Below are positions 37,498 through 45,977 of a stretch of 64,000 bases of DNA, piece by piece. This DNA comes from an uncultured Pseudomonadales bacterium (GTDB lineage Bacteria > Patescibacteriota > Microgenomatia > UBA1400 > CAYNMC01): assembly GCA_964398365.1 (NCBI GenBank), contig CAYNMC010000038.1:25727-89726 (forward strand). Reading direction: 5' to 3'. Position 1 is the stretch's first letter; each line of letters starts with the position of its first letter. The notes under the pieces are model-generated. The model had not been told where the DNA came from. It worked only from the letters and a program-made list of their open reading frames with translations, and made no database searches. The translations under genes were made by a program, and so were the position numbers.

Positions 37498-37971
37498 TTA
37501 TTTTAAATATCTTTTATATCTACCAAAACAAAGCCGGGGACCAAAACCTTTTGGATGAAGTTCTTCAATGGTTGTAATCATTACTTTTTTCTTCTCTGAG
37601 TCAGATACAAGGATTTCAAAATTTGTTTTATAAAGCTCGGCAAATTCCCAAAGCATTTGTCGACAAATCCCGCAAGGACCCGAGTGAATTTTTACTTTAA
37701 AATGATCACTTTTGGAGATGATTGCGATTTTTTTAATACCATACTCTCCCTGACTTACCATTGATGACAAAGCGGCTCTTTCCGCACAAATTCCTCCATA
37801 TGCGCAAGTATTGATATTAACACCTTTATAGATATTTCCTTTTGTTGTTAAAATAGTTGAGGCGACATAAAACTGAGAATAAGGATCATAGGCATAAGAA
37901 GTTATTCTTTCCGCTTCATTAATCAGATTTTGATCTTCTTTTGATAGTTTTTTAAAATAAATGATTTTCAT
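37498..37971 (-). CDS. cdd: cytidine deaminase
   Basis: CAERAAL (H/CAE zinc motif) and GPCGICRQ (PCxxC). 157 aa. The only clearly intact enzyme gene inside the island. Confidence 0.88.
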   Translation of the reverse strand: MKIIYFKKLSKEDQNLINEAERITSYAYDPYSQFYVASTILTTKGNIYKGVNINTCAYGGICAERAALSSMVSQGEYGIKKIAIISKSDHFKVKIHSGPCGICRQMLWEFAELYKTNFEILVSDSEKKKVMITTIEELHPKGFGPRLCFGRYKRYLK

Positions 37972-37977
37972 AAATTA

Positions 37978-39343
37978 TTAAAATTCTCTTCTAATTGGCT
38001 TCCTCTTTCTTTGTGTTTTTGATTTGCTTTTAAGCTCCTCTAATGGTTTAAAAACTATGTTTATATTTTCTCCAAATACAATTTGTAATAATTCTCTTAG
38101 ATGACCAAAAGAAATTTTTTGTTTTTCTAAATCACTAAATAAAGATGGTTCTTTTAATCTTACCTCAAATTTATTAATTCCAGTTTGAATTATCTCGAAT
38201 TCTTGAATATTAACTCCAACATCAAACATCCAACGATAAGTGATATCTAAAATTGTTCCTGCGGGAACAGCGCTTCCATCTTCTTTAATAAAAGCATCAT
38301 TCTGCCTGCCTTCAATTTTTTGAATTTGGCGCCATTTTACCACACAATCATTAGGTTCTCCCAAAGTAACATAATCACCTTGAACGTATTTTATAAAAGG
38401 CATTGCGGTATTAAGAAGATTTGTACCAATTACCAATCCTGTTCCTTTTTGAATAAGTCTTAAAGTTTGTGAATCAACAACATCTATCCTAGCTGTATCT
38501 TCACAAAGGTGATAATGACCGCATGGTAATTCTAACGCTATTCTTGTTAATTCCTCCGAACTATATTCATCTAAAACTGGTACCCCTAACCGCTGTGACA
38601 TTTCTCTTCTTTCTTCTAAAGAAGACATTTCTGAGTGTACTACAGCTAAGATAATTTTATTTTTTACTTCTTCTGGAAGAAAAGGAAGCAGTGACTGAAG
38701 ATTGGTCGGATATAAAGATAAGATATCTGGTTTAACTTCCTCCAAAATCTTAGCAATTTCTTTGGACTCAATCAAACTACTTATAAAAATACTTTGATAA
38801 TCACCACTACCTAATGAATCAACCCACCATGGTACCGTATATACATGGGCAACCACGTGATTTTTAGTGTATTGCCCCCCATCTGCAACCAAAATTGTCT
38901 AATAGTAAGGTATTAATAATAATTCTTAAGGTTTTTCCTGATGAACCACTAGACCTGGTTGGAAATAAATCGGTTATTTGATAGTTTGGATTTAAACAAT
39001 AATCAGGAAAAGCAGTTATTAATTCATCCTTAGTAATTACTGGTAATTTATAATAATCATCCCAACTTTTAAAATCTTTAGGATGAAATCCAACTTGCTC
39101 GTATTTTTCTCTATAAACTGGTATTTCATAAGCTAAAAATAAAAGCTGTCTGATTCTTTCGAATTGTTTTCTTTCTATTTCTTCAGGTGATAAAAAAGGT
39201 TCTTGAAATAATTGTGTCAAAACTCCTTCATTATAAGATAAATCTAACCTATTCCTAAATTCCGGTGAAGTTTTATGCATTTGAGGTAATCTTTGCGTTT
39301 CCCAATATTCAACTATTCTTTGATTAGGATTTTCAGAAGTCAT
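37978..39343 (-). pseudogene. PaaK / coenzyme F390 synthetase-like adenylate-forming enzyme, frameshifted in a G6 run
   Basis: N-terminal ORF 38864..39343 carries TRSSGSSGKTL (AMP-binding P-loop). C-terminal ORF 37978..38892 continues the fold. Deleting one G from the run (complement of 38875..38880) fuses them as ...NFGCRWGQYTKNHVVAH... Confidence 0.65.
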
Positions 39344-39656
39344 CGATGCTATAATAAAAATTATAACATTATTCTACTTAAAAAAATCAAATTAATAAAA
39401 AAAAGATGTTCAAAAATACTAAATTTTAAAAACAAAAAACATCAACAAAATCTATCAAAGACTTAGTAAACTTATCTACAACTAAGTTCGAAACAAGACA
39501 ACTGTAGCTCACTCGCTTGCGAGACTACACATTTTTTCAGACTTCTAAAAAGACATAAAACTTACTAAACTGGAAAAACAGACCATAAAGACATACGATA
39601 TTATTGCTTCTGATTGGGCTTCAAAACACTCTTCCCAAAGATTCTGGGGTAACGAG

Positions 39657-40202
39657 ATGGATCGGTTTGAGGAGCTACTCCCCAATGGTAATGTCCTTGA
39701 AACTGGTGCGGGTGGTGTTAGAGATGTAAAGGAATTAATTGCCAAGGGTTATGACTATACAGGCATAGATGTCTCACAAGCTTTGCTGAAGGTAGCTAAA
39801 AAGGTTAATCCAAAAGCCACTTTTTTACAGAAATCAGTTTATGACTTAGATTTTCCTGAAGATACCTTTGATGGTTTTTGGGCCTCAGCAGTTTTACTTC
39901 ATGTTCCCAGAGACAGAATTGATGAGGTTTTGAGCAATTTACATCGTGTTGTTAGAAATGGTGGCATTGGATTTATTTCAATAAAGCAGGGTAAGGGTCA
40001 AAAATTTGAAGAATACGAGCCCCAAAAACTCCCAAGACTCTTTGTTTATTGGCAAGATAGGAAGTTTCAAAAAGTTTTAAAAAGGAATAATTTTGAGCTG
40101 ATTGAAAAAAGGGTAATACCAATGAGCGAAAGAACCACTTGGCTGGTCTATTTTGTAAGAAATAAAAAAGATAGCCGAAATGGCAGCGTGTCCAAAAAGT
40201 AA
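39657..40202 (+). CDS. class I SAM-dependent methyltransferase (start uncertain)
   Basis: VLETGAGGVRD (motif I) and FDGFWASAVLLHVPRD. The frame is open from 39549 and encodes a typical N-terminal YDIIASDWASKH...FWGNE upstream of the first ATG, with no ATG/GTG/TTG there. Confidence 0.7.
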   Translation: MDRFEELLPNGNVLETGAGGVRDVKELIAKGYDYTGIDVSQALLKVAKKVNPKATFLQKSVYDLDFPEDTFDGFWASAVLLHVPRDRIDEVLSNLHRVVRNGGIGFISIKQGKGQKFEEYEPQKLPRLFVYWQDRKFQKVLKRNNFELIEKRVIPMSERTTWLVYFVRNKKDSRNGSVSKK

Positions 40203-40225
40203 TTGGGGGTGATAACAAGCCTTTC

Positions 40226-40300
40226 TGGTGATCCCGGAAGGACTCGAACCTTCAACCATCAGCTTAAAAGGCTGTTGCTCTGCCATTGAGCTACGGGACC
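40226..40300 (-). tRNA. tRNA-Lys(UUU), CCA encoded
   Basis: Minus strand: GGTCCCG TA GCTC AATGGCA GAGC A ACAGC CTTTTAA GCTGA TGGTT GAAGG TTCGAGT CCTTC CGGGATC A CCA. There is one A-A mismatch at the top of the anticodon stem. Confidence 0.85.
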
Positions 40301-40304
40301 AAGA

Positions 40305-40550
40305 TTATTTGTGGTCAATATACCACCGAATATACTTCTTATTTTTTGCCTTTTTTAACCGAATTTCCTCTTTTCTCGCTTCGGATTTAGAATTATACAA
40401 TTTTAAATATACTAATATCCAATCTCCTTTAACCCTGCCAGTAAAGCGTGATTGCGCACTGTTGTGTTCTTTCAGTCTTCGGTTTGGATCTTCGGATATT
40501 CCAATATAGTATTTATCAGCTTCCTTGTTAAATAAGATATAAAGGTACAT
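40305..40550 (-). CDS. GIY-YIG nuclease superfamily protein (small, YhbQ/UPF0213-like)
   Basis: 81 aa. YLYILFNKEADKYYIGISEDPNRRLKEHN carries the GIY...YIG-type motifs and a conserved Arg/Glu. Its stop lies 4 nt upstream of the tRNA-Lys 5' end. Confidence 0.8.
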   Translation of the reverse strand: MYLYILFNKEADKYYIGISEDPNRRLKEHNSAQSRFTGRVKGDWILVYLKLYNSKSEARKEEIRLKKAKNKKYIRWYIDHK

Positions 40551-40607
40551 TTTACCTTAACCATTCCCGACTAAGTCGGGATTGCTCTGCCATTGAGCTA
40601 CGGGACC
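40542..40607 (-). pseudogene. truncated tRNA-Lys-like copy (5' acceptor strand, D arm, altered anticodon arm, degenerate T arm; no 3' acceptor strand)
   Basis: 40582..40607 is identical (26/26) to tRNA-Lys positions 1-26 (40275..40300). A perfect hairpin TCCCG-ACTTAGT-CGGGA follows. TGGTTAAGGT then matches the TGGTTGAAGGT variable/T-stem segment of tRNA-Lys, and the would-be T loop contains the GIY-YIG ATG. Confidence 0.6.
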
Positions 40608-40845
40608 GCAAACACTGATATTTTAATTGAATCAACAGGGTAATGCAATCTTGGTCTAGATAATAGAAACCCCTGGTGGAAATTTACAGTTATCTTCATC
40701 CTTCTAAAATTTTTTAACGATCATCATTAGATGAACTAGAACAGCAGGGGTATATTGTTGATACTATAAACTTTTCTTTTGACATTATAAGTCAGAATAA
40801 TTCCTTAAAATCCAATTTTTTGCTAAAATACAACCTAATTCCTGT

Positions 40846-40919
40846 TGCGGGGTCGTCTAAGGGTAGGACAGTGGACTTTGGATCCATTAATCGGGGTTCG
40901 AATCCCTGCCCCGCAGCCA
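40846..40919 (+). tRNA. tRNA-Gln(UUG), CCA encoded
   Basis: TGCGGGG TC GTCT AAGGGTA GGAC A GTGGA CTTTGGA TCCAT TAAT CGGGG TTCGAAT CCCTG CCCCGCA G CCA. The U1-A72 pair is typical of bacterial tRNA-Gln. Confidence 0.88.
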
Positions 40920-40942
40920 AAAGAGAGTGAAAAAGCCTTGAG

Positions 40943-41476
40943 ATGATTAAACTTGGATCAAAAGACCTCAGAGTTTCCCAGCCTACTCCAAAAGAGCTTA
41001 ATAATATCAAACGAAATCCTATTTATTTTGTTTTAGACAATGTTATTGACACTTATAATATTGGGTCTTTATTCAGGCTGGCGGATGCAGTGGCAGCAGC
41101 TAAGATTTATCTTTGTGGAAAGATGGAATATCCCCCATCCTCAAGAATTCATAAAGCCGCAGTTGGAACAGAAAACTGGGTACCCTGGGAAAAAAAAGAC
41201 TCCACTTTGGAACTTGTACTTGAACTAAAATCCAAAGGTTTTCAGATTCTGGCCGTTGAGCAAGACAAAAGGGCAATTGACTACAAGTTATTAACTGCCG
41301 AAAGGTTGAAATTTCCCTGCGCTATCGTAGTTGGCAATGAGACAGAAGGAATTGGAAAAGACGTTCTTGACAACGCAGAGCTTATTGTTGAACTACCAAT
41401 GTTTGGTGTAAATAAATCCTTCAATGTCTGGGGATCGGCAGCGGTGATTGCCTATAAAATTCTCGAATCACTTTGA
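40943..41476 (+). CDS. SpoU/TrmH-family RNA 2'-O-methyltransferase
   Basis: YNIGSLFRLADA, IVVGNETEGI and LPMFGVNKSFNVWGSAAVIAY, the three SPOUT motifs. Confidence 0.85.
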   Translation: MIKLGSKDLRVSQPTPKELNNIKRNPIYFVLDNVIDTYNIGSLFRLADAVAAAKIYLCGKMEYPPSSRIHKAAVGTENWVPWEKKDSTLELVLELKSKGFQILAVEQDKRAIDYKLLTAERLKFPCAIVVGNETEGIGKDVLDNAELIVELPMFGVNKSFNVWGSAAVIAYKILESL

Positions 41477-41507
41477 GAAGGAGTATAAATCAAACGTTCT
41501 GAAATTT

Positions 41508-42491
41508 TTAATTTGTTTTTTGGAGCTCTCTGAGTTCATCAAGGTACTTTAATACATCAAGTGCTGCCATGCAACCAAAACCGGCTGCCGTTATCGCCTG
41601 TCTGTAGTGATAATCATGAACATCCCCTGCTACAAAGACCCCATTAACGCTTGTGGCCATCGAGAAACCTGAATCCGAATTTGAAAATTTTTTGATATAC
41701 CCTTTTTCATCTAGCTCTAATTGCCCTGCAAATATCTTAGAGGATGGCGAATGTCCAATGGCAATAAATACTCCATCCACAACCAGCTCACTAGTTGAAC
41801 CGTTTTTATTGTTTCTAAGCAAAATCTTTTCCAATTTTGTCTCCCCCACCACCTCTACCACCTCAGTATTCCAAAGAACTTTTATCTTGGGGTTGGCAAA
41901 AACTTTCTCTTGCATGATTGCTGAAGCTCGAAATTCATCTCTTCTGTGGATAACTGTAACCTCAAGGGCATATTTGCTCAAAACCAAAGCTTCTTCCATT
42001 GCCGAATCTCCTCCGCCGATAACCGCAACTTTTTTTTCTTTAAAAAAAGGTGCGTCACAAGGAGCACACGAGGAAACTCCACGGCCAATAAGTTTTTGTT
42101 CTCCGGGAACATTTAGCCACAAAGTTTCAGCTCCGGTTGCAACGATAACACTTTTGGTAAGAAAAGTTTTTGTGTCAGTTCTAACCTCAAAAGGTCTTTT
42201 CTTGAAATCAACCCCGGTTACGTTTTTTTCTATCCAGCTTGCGCCAAATGAAAGCGCGTGGTCTTTCATTTTTTGCATGAGTTCTGGGCCCATAATACCC
42301 GGCATTCCAGGGTAATTATCAACCACAGTGGTTAACATCAGCTGTCCTCCCCACTTTTCTCCGGCAAGAATCAAAGTTGAGGCTGCGCCCCGGCTGGTAT
42401 AAATTGCAGCCGTCAAAGATGCTGGTCCCGAACCAATTAGGATAACATCCCAAAGTCCAACCTCGGCAACTGGTTTTGCTTCAAAACTCAC
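41508..42491 (-). CDS. trxB: thioredoxin-disulfide reductase
   Basis: GSGPASLTAAIY (FAD), redox-active CAPCD and GGGDSAMEEA (NADPH). GTG start overlaps the stop of the upstream ORF by 1 nt. Confidence 0.92.
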   Translation of the reverse strand: MSFEAKPVAEVGLWDVILIGSGPASLTAAIYTSRGAASTLILAGEKWGGQLMLTTVVDNYPGMPGIMGPELMQKMKDHALSFGASWIEKNVTGVDFKKRPFEVRTDTKTFLTKSVIVATGAETLWLNVPGEQKLIGRGVSSCAPCDAPFFKEKKVAVIGGGDSAMEEALVLSKYALEVTVIHRRDEFRASAIMQEKVFANPKIKVLWNTEVVEVVGETKLEKILLRNNKNGSTSELVVDGVFIAIGHSPSSKIFAGQLELDEKGYIKKFSNSDSGFSMATSVNGVFVAGDVHDYHYRQAITAAGFGCMAALDVLKYLDELRELQKTN

Positions 42492-42817
42492 TATGTTGCA
42501 CCTCCTCCTGAAAACCCGCCTGTTCCTCCACCCATCTCTTCAGTTTCCTCCCGAGGCTGACTGGCCATTGTTTGTGGCTCTTCTTTTCCCTGAGGCTCTT
42601 CGGGCTGGGCCATTGTCTCCGGTTCTTCTGGTTCTTCTACCCCGGCTATACCAACTCCAGCTTGGGGTGGTTTAGGAGCAGGAGGAACTGTCGAGACTGG
42701 GGGTGTTGATAGGGGGGTAGTTGGCGTAGAAACTCCAACGGAAGCAGTTGTCTCATCCATTGGAGGTTGGGGCATTGTGCCACTCCCCGTCATTTTGTTA
42801 GTATCATCTGGATCCAA
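42491..42817 (-). CDS. Pro/Thr/Glu-rich low-complexity protein (hypothetical)
   Basis: 108 aa, no hydrophobic core, ends in a GGGTGGFSGGG tail. Its stop TAG overlaps the trxB GTG, which suggests it is translated. Confidence 0.5.
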   Translation of the reverse strand: MDPDDTNKMTGSGTMPQPPMDETTASVGVSTPTTPLSTPPVSTVPPAPKPPQAGVGIAGVEEPEEPETMAQPEEPQGKEEPQTMASQPREETEEMGGGTGGFSGGGAT

Positions 42818-42832
42818 AATTTATCACCTCCT

Positions 42833-43153
42833 TTATAATCCTTTTTTAATAATATCTTCAAATGCATTTTTTCCCGCAAAGCCAATTTGTCTTCCCACTT
42901 CCTTTCCGGACTTAAAAAGAATTGTTGTTGGGATTGACATTATTTGATATTTTGCTGCTGTCTGGGAATTTTCGTCAACATTAACTTTGGCAACTGTAAC
43001 TTTTCCCTGATATTCGTTTGAGAGTTCTTCCAAAATTGGTTCCGCCATCCTGCAAGGACCACACCAAGGAGCCCAGAAATCAACCAAAACCGGCAATTGC
43101 GATTTTAACACCTTCTCCTCAAAATCCTGATCAGTAACTACAGATAAAGCCAT
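42833..43153 (-). CDS. trxA: thioredoxin
   Basis: WAPWCGPC active site. Start set at ATG 43153 (MALSVVTDQDF), giving 106 aa. Confidence 0.93.
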   Translation of the reverse strand: MALSVVTDQDFEEKVLKSQLPVLVDFWAPWCGPCRMAEPILEELSNEYQGKVTVAKVNVDENSQTAAKYQIMSIPTTILFKSGKEVGRQIGFAGKNAFEDIIKKGL

Positions 43154-43197
43154 AATCTTTATACGTTTTTCACTATACCTACTCCACCTACACCAAG

Positions 43198-43998
43198 TCA
43201 AGAACCGAAAGACAAAGCAAGGGCTCCATAAAGACCACCTAATCCTTTTAGTGATGTTGTGGTAACAGCTGGGTATTGAGAAAAAATTTTAAGAAACTGT
43301 CCAAGATAAAATCTAATTTTTCCAAGGGAAATTTTATTCATCACTGCTCCACCCAAGATAACCACCTCGGGTGACCATGTGACAATGATGTTGTTTACTC
43401 CAATTGCTAGATATCTGGCAACCTCTTCCCAGACTTCTTCTTTTGCAATTTCTTCCGGTTTTTGAGAAAACCTTTTTTCCAAAGCCTTTCCTGAAACTAA
43501 ATCTTCCAAAGTAGTAAACTTGTCAATAATCTGGTGTCCCGGCTCAAACCCCAAGGCATTATTATCAATCTTGCCATTTACAATTCTTGCACCCCCAACT
43601 CCGGTACTTACGGTTAAATAGGCAACAATCGAAAAACCCTTACCCGCCCCCCAGACCGCCTCCCCTACCCCGGCCAAGGCAGCATCGTTTTCAAGAAAAA
43701 CTTTTGTCTTAAAAACACTCTCTAAATTCTTTTTAAGAGGTTTATTACTCCAGCCGGGCAGATTTGGAGCCCCAATTAAGCTTTCTTTTTCTTTATTCAA
43801 AGGACCGGGAACTCCGCCAAAAACTATATCCACCTGGTTAGATTCCAAAAGACCAGAAGCTTCTTTAACAAGAGTTTCAATTCCTTGACTGTAATCTTGG
43901 GGAGTGGCAAAAGTCTTTATCTTCCCCAAACTCCCACTTCTATCTGAAACTGCTATTCTGGTATTTGTTCCACCGATATCAAAAAGAAACGCTCTCAT
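43198..43998 (-). CDS. ROK-family glucokinase
   Basis: FDIGGTNTRIAV (phosphate-1) and ENDAALAGVGEA. Start ATG 43998 forms an ATGA overlap with the GH15 stop. Confidence 0.8.
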   Translation of the reverse strand: MRAFLFDIGGTNTRIAVSDRSGSLGKIKTFATPQDYSQGIETLVKEASGLLESNQVDIVFGGVPGPLNKEKESLIGAPNLPGWSNKPLKKNLESVFKTKVFLENDAALAGVGEAVWGAGKGFSIVAYLTVSTGVGGARIVNGKIDNNALGFEPGHQIIDKFTTLEDLVSGKALEKRFSQKPEEIAKEEVWEEVARYLAIGVNNIIVTWSPEVVILGGAVMNKISLGKIRFYLGQFLKIFSQYPAVTTTSLKGLGGLYGALALSFGS

Positions 43999-45977
43999 TT
44001 TACTGGATTGCAAGCAACACAAACTCCAAAATCCTCAAGTTTATTTAGGTAGCCAACAAGAGTTATCACAAATTGGGCATGACTCCAAGACAAAGGACTT
44101 GCCGAAAGTTGCCGGCCATCCAAGGCACTGATTTGTTCGGAAAGCATTCCCGAGGGTGTTGCATATTTGACAACCCAATTTAGTATCTCTTTTACTTTTT
44201 CCATTTCTTCTGGTTTTTTGGCTTTAAAGATAAAATACTGCGCCAGCCAAAGAGTTGTTACAAACCATGGGTTACTCAGATTGCTTGTCTCTTGGTGGTA
44301 AATATCTCCTTCAAAACGAATTACTCCTCCAACCTGATTTTTGTTTACAAGCTTTTCTTCCAGGGTTTTAAAAGAGCGCTCAATTCTCTCATCATCAATA
44401 TTAAACACTTCAAAAAGAACAGGCCCATAGAAACTGCTTGCGTCAATTGTTTTATCGTGCAAAATTTTGTCTTCTTTTAAATCCACAAGCTTGTAGAAAT
44501 AATTTTCTTCACTGTTGTAAAGATAGTTTGCTATCGCCTCTTTGACCTCATTTGCCCCGCTTGCGAATCTTACTTCATCATCTTCCTTACCAAGAAGTTT
44601 AGCAAACTTGGACGAAGCCACGAGGGCTCCATAGACAGCTGAGGCGGTAAAGGTGGAGATACCGTACTTCATTTCCCAAATATCAAAACTGGGTTTAGGG
44701 AGATGGGTCGACTGGTCTTTATAGGTAAGTAAAAAATCGGCAGCCTTTTTAATCAAAGAATTGTAATTTCTTTCAATAAACTCCAAATCTTTCGCCAATT
44801 CATAATGCTGCCAGAGAGCATATATAGGAAGTGCTGTTTCGTCTTCCTGAATTGGCAATTTCTTGTTGCCTTTATCATCCACCCAGGGATGCCAGGAACT
44901 GCCCATGGATTTGTCGCAGCGATATTTATGGAAAAAATAACCTTCTTCACTTATGGTCTCATTACAAAACTCAAAAAACTTTTCAGCCACTTCAAAATAT
45001 CCCGCCTGATCCAGGGCCATAGCAACAAAAGAGGCATCTCTTGGCCAGACATAACCATAAGTATCCCGACCGTACTGGAGCATATCGGAATCCCCAGAGG
45101 CAATTACAGCGCCTGTGTTATCAAAGTGGGTACGCATAATAAGAAGAGATTTTTTAAAAAGCCGGGTAACTGCCGCGTCAAGTCCGAAAAAACTGAAATT
45201 AAGTTTATTAACCCAAGCGTGCCAAAAATCCTGAGTCGTTTCAATAATATGCTCTGGTCTCCTCTCAAGAATATATTTATGAAGATCTTTGACCTCATTT
45301 ATCGTCTTGCCAAAACAAACCCACTGGGCAAAAGAGTACTCCTCACCCGCGTCCGGGGTTTTTATAAAAGCGATAGTCGAATCGACAGATCCGTGTTCAA
45401 TGGGGTTTTTAGATAAAACTCCATCCTCGGCATCCTTCCATGAACCTTCTTTTCCTTCAATGCGCAAAAGACCCACCGAGTAATCGCCAAAAGACTCACC
45501 ATCCAAAATTCCTCCGATGACGGCAATGCGTCGACCTTTATAATGGACGATAGTTTTGTCTTCGGGATCAAAATAGGCCGTGTCTCCTTTTGGTATTCCA
45601 TACATCCCAAATTGGTGATTGAAAAATATTCTTATCTCTCTTTTCCTGTTAGCCTGATTTTGAACTGTAACTTTTCTTACAAAGATATTCTTTTCGTTGT
45701 AGACAACGTCGTTGAAAATAAGCTTTAGCTGCTTATTTTTATTCTCTGCTGTTATCACTCCACTTAAAGTCTCCTCCATATAATCAATACTTACTTCCCA
45801 GGAAGGGTCATCAAGCCAAACAAAAGAACTGTCAACCCAAACTCCGACTTTATTTACCGCCGGATGGGTCATGTGATTTTCCAATCCCACATAGTCGTAG
45901 TAGAAATCTTTAACCTGTCCGTGTTGATCCAGACAGATCAAAACGCTTCCATTGCCGACAACTAGAGCTTTAGGCAT
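43995..45977 (-). CDS. glycoside hydrolase family 15 (glucoamylase/glucodextranase-like)
   Basis: 660 aa. YGYVWPRDASF and the (alpha/alpha)6-barrel C-terminal pattern with WLAQYF and LSWSHAQF. Confidence 0.85.
   Translation of the reverse strand: MPKALVVGNGSVLICLDQHGQVKDFYYDYVGLENHMTHPAVNKVGVWVDSSFVWLDDPSWEVSIDYMEETLSGVITAENKNKQLKLIFNDVVYNEKNIFVRKVTVQNQANRKREIRIFFNHQFGMYGIPKGDTAYFDPEDKTIVHYKGRRIAVIGGILDGESFGDYSVGLLRIEGKEGSWKDAEDGVLSKNPIEHGSVDSTIAFIKTPDAGEEYSFAQWVCFGKTINEVKDLHKYILERRPEHIIETTQDFWHAWVNKLNFSFFGLDAAVTRLFKKSLLIMRTHFDNTGAVIASGDSDMLQYGRDTYGYVWPRDASFVAMALDQAGYFEVAEKFFEFCNETISEEGYFFHKYRCDKSMGSSWHPWVDDKGNKKLPIQEDETALPIYALWQHYELAKDLEFIERNYNSLIKKAADFLLTYKDQSTHLPKPSFDIWEMKYGISTFTASAVYGALVASSKFAKLLGKEDDEVRFASGANEVKEAIANYLYNSEENYFYKLVDLKEDKILHDKTIDASSFYGPVLFEVFNIDDERIERSFKTLEEKLVNKNQVGGVIRFEGDIYHQETSNLSNPWFVTTLWLAQYFIFKAKKPEEMEKVKEILNWVVKYATPSGMLSEQISALDGRQLSASPLSWSHAQFVITLVGYLNKLEDFGVCVACNPVK

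Noticed and set aside
39344-39656. Structured ncRNA in the AT-rich spacer, and the 66-aa ORF at 39545..39745
   Set aside because: The spacer is very AT-rich, with poly-A tracts typical of divergent promoter regions. The ORF is antisense to the methyltransferase N-terminal frame. No recognisable RNA family motifs were seen.
40792-41010. 72-aa minus-strand ORF, and likewise the ORFs at 40077..40286 (-) and 40228..40509 (+)
   Set aside because: They overlap tRNA-Gln or tRNA-Lys and the starts of better-supported genes. Part of their translation derives from tRNA sequence.
41653-42315. 220-aa plus-strand ORF
   Set aside because: It is antisense to the well-supported trxB gene and has no motifs. 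It is a shadow ORF typical of a long stop-free antisense frame.
44805-45416. 203-aa plus-strand ORF, plus several 60-80-aa ORFs between 44.2 and 45.7 kb
   Set aside because: They are antisense or out of frame within the GH15 gene.
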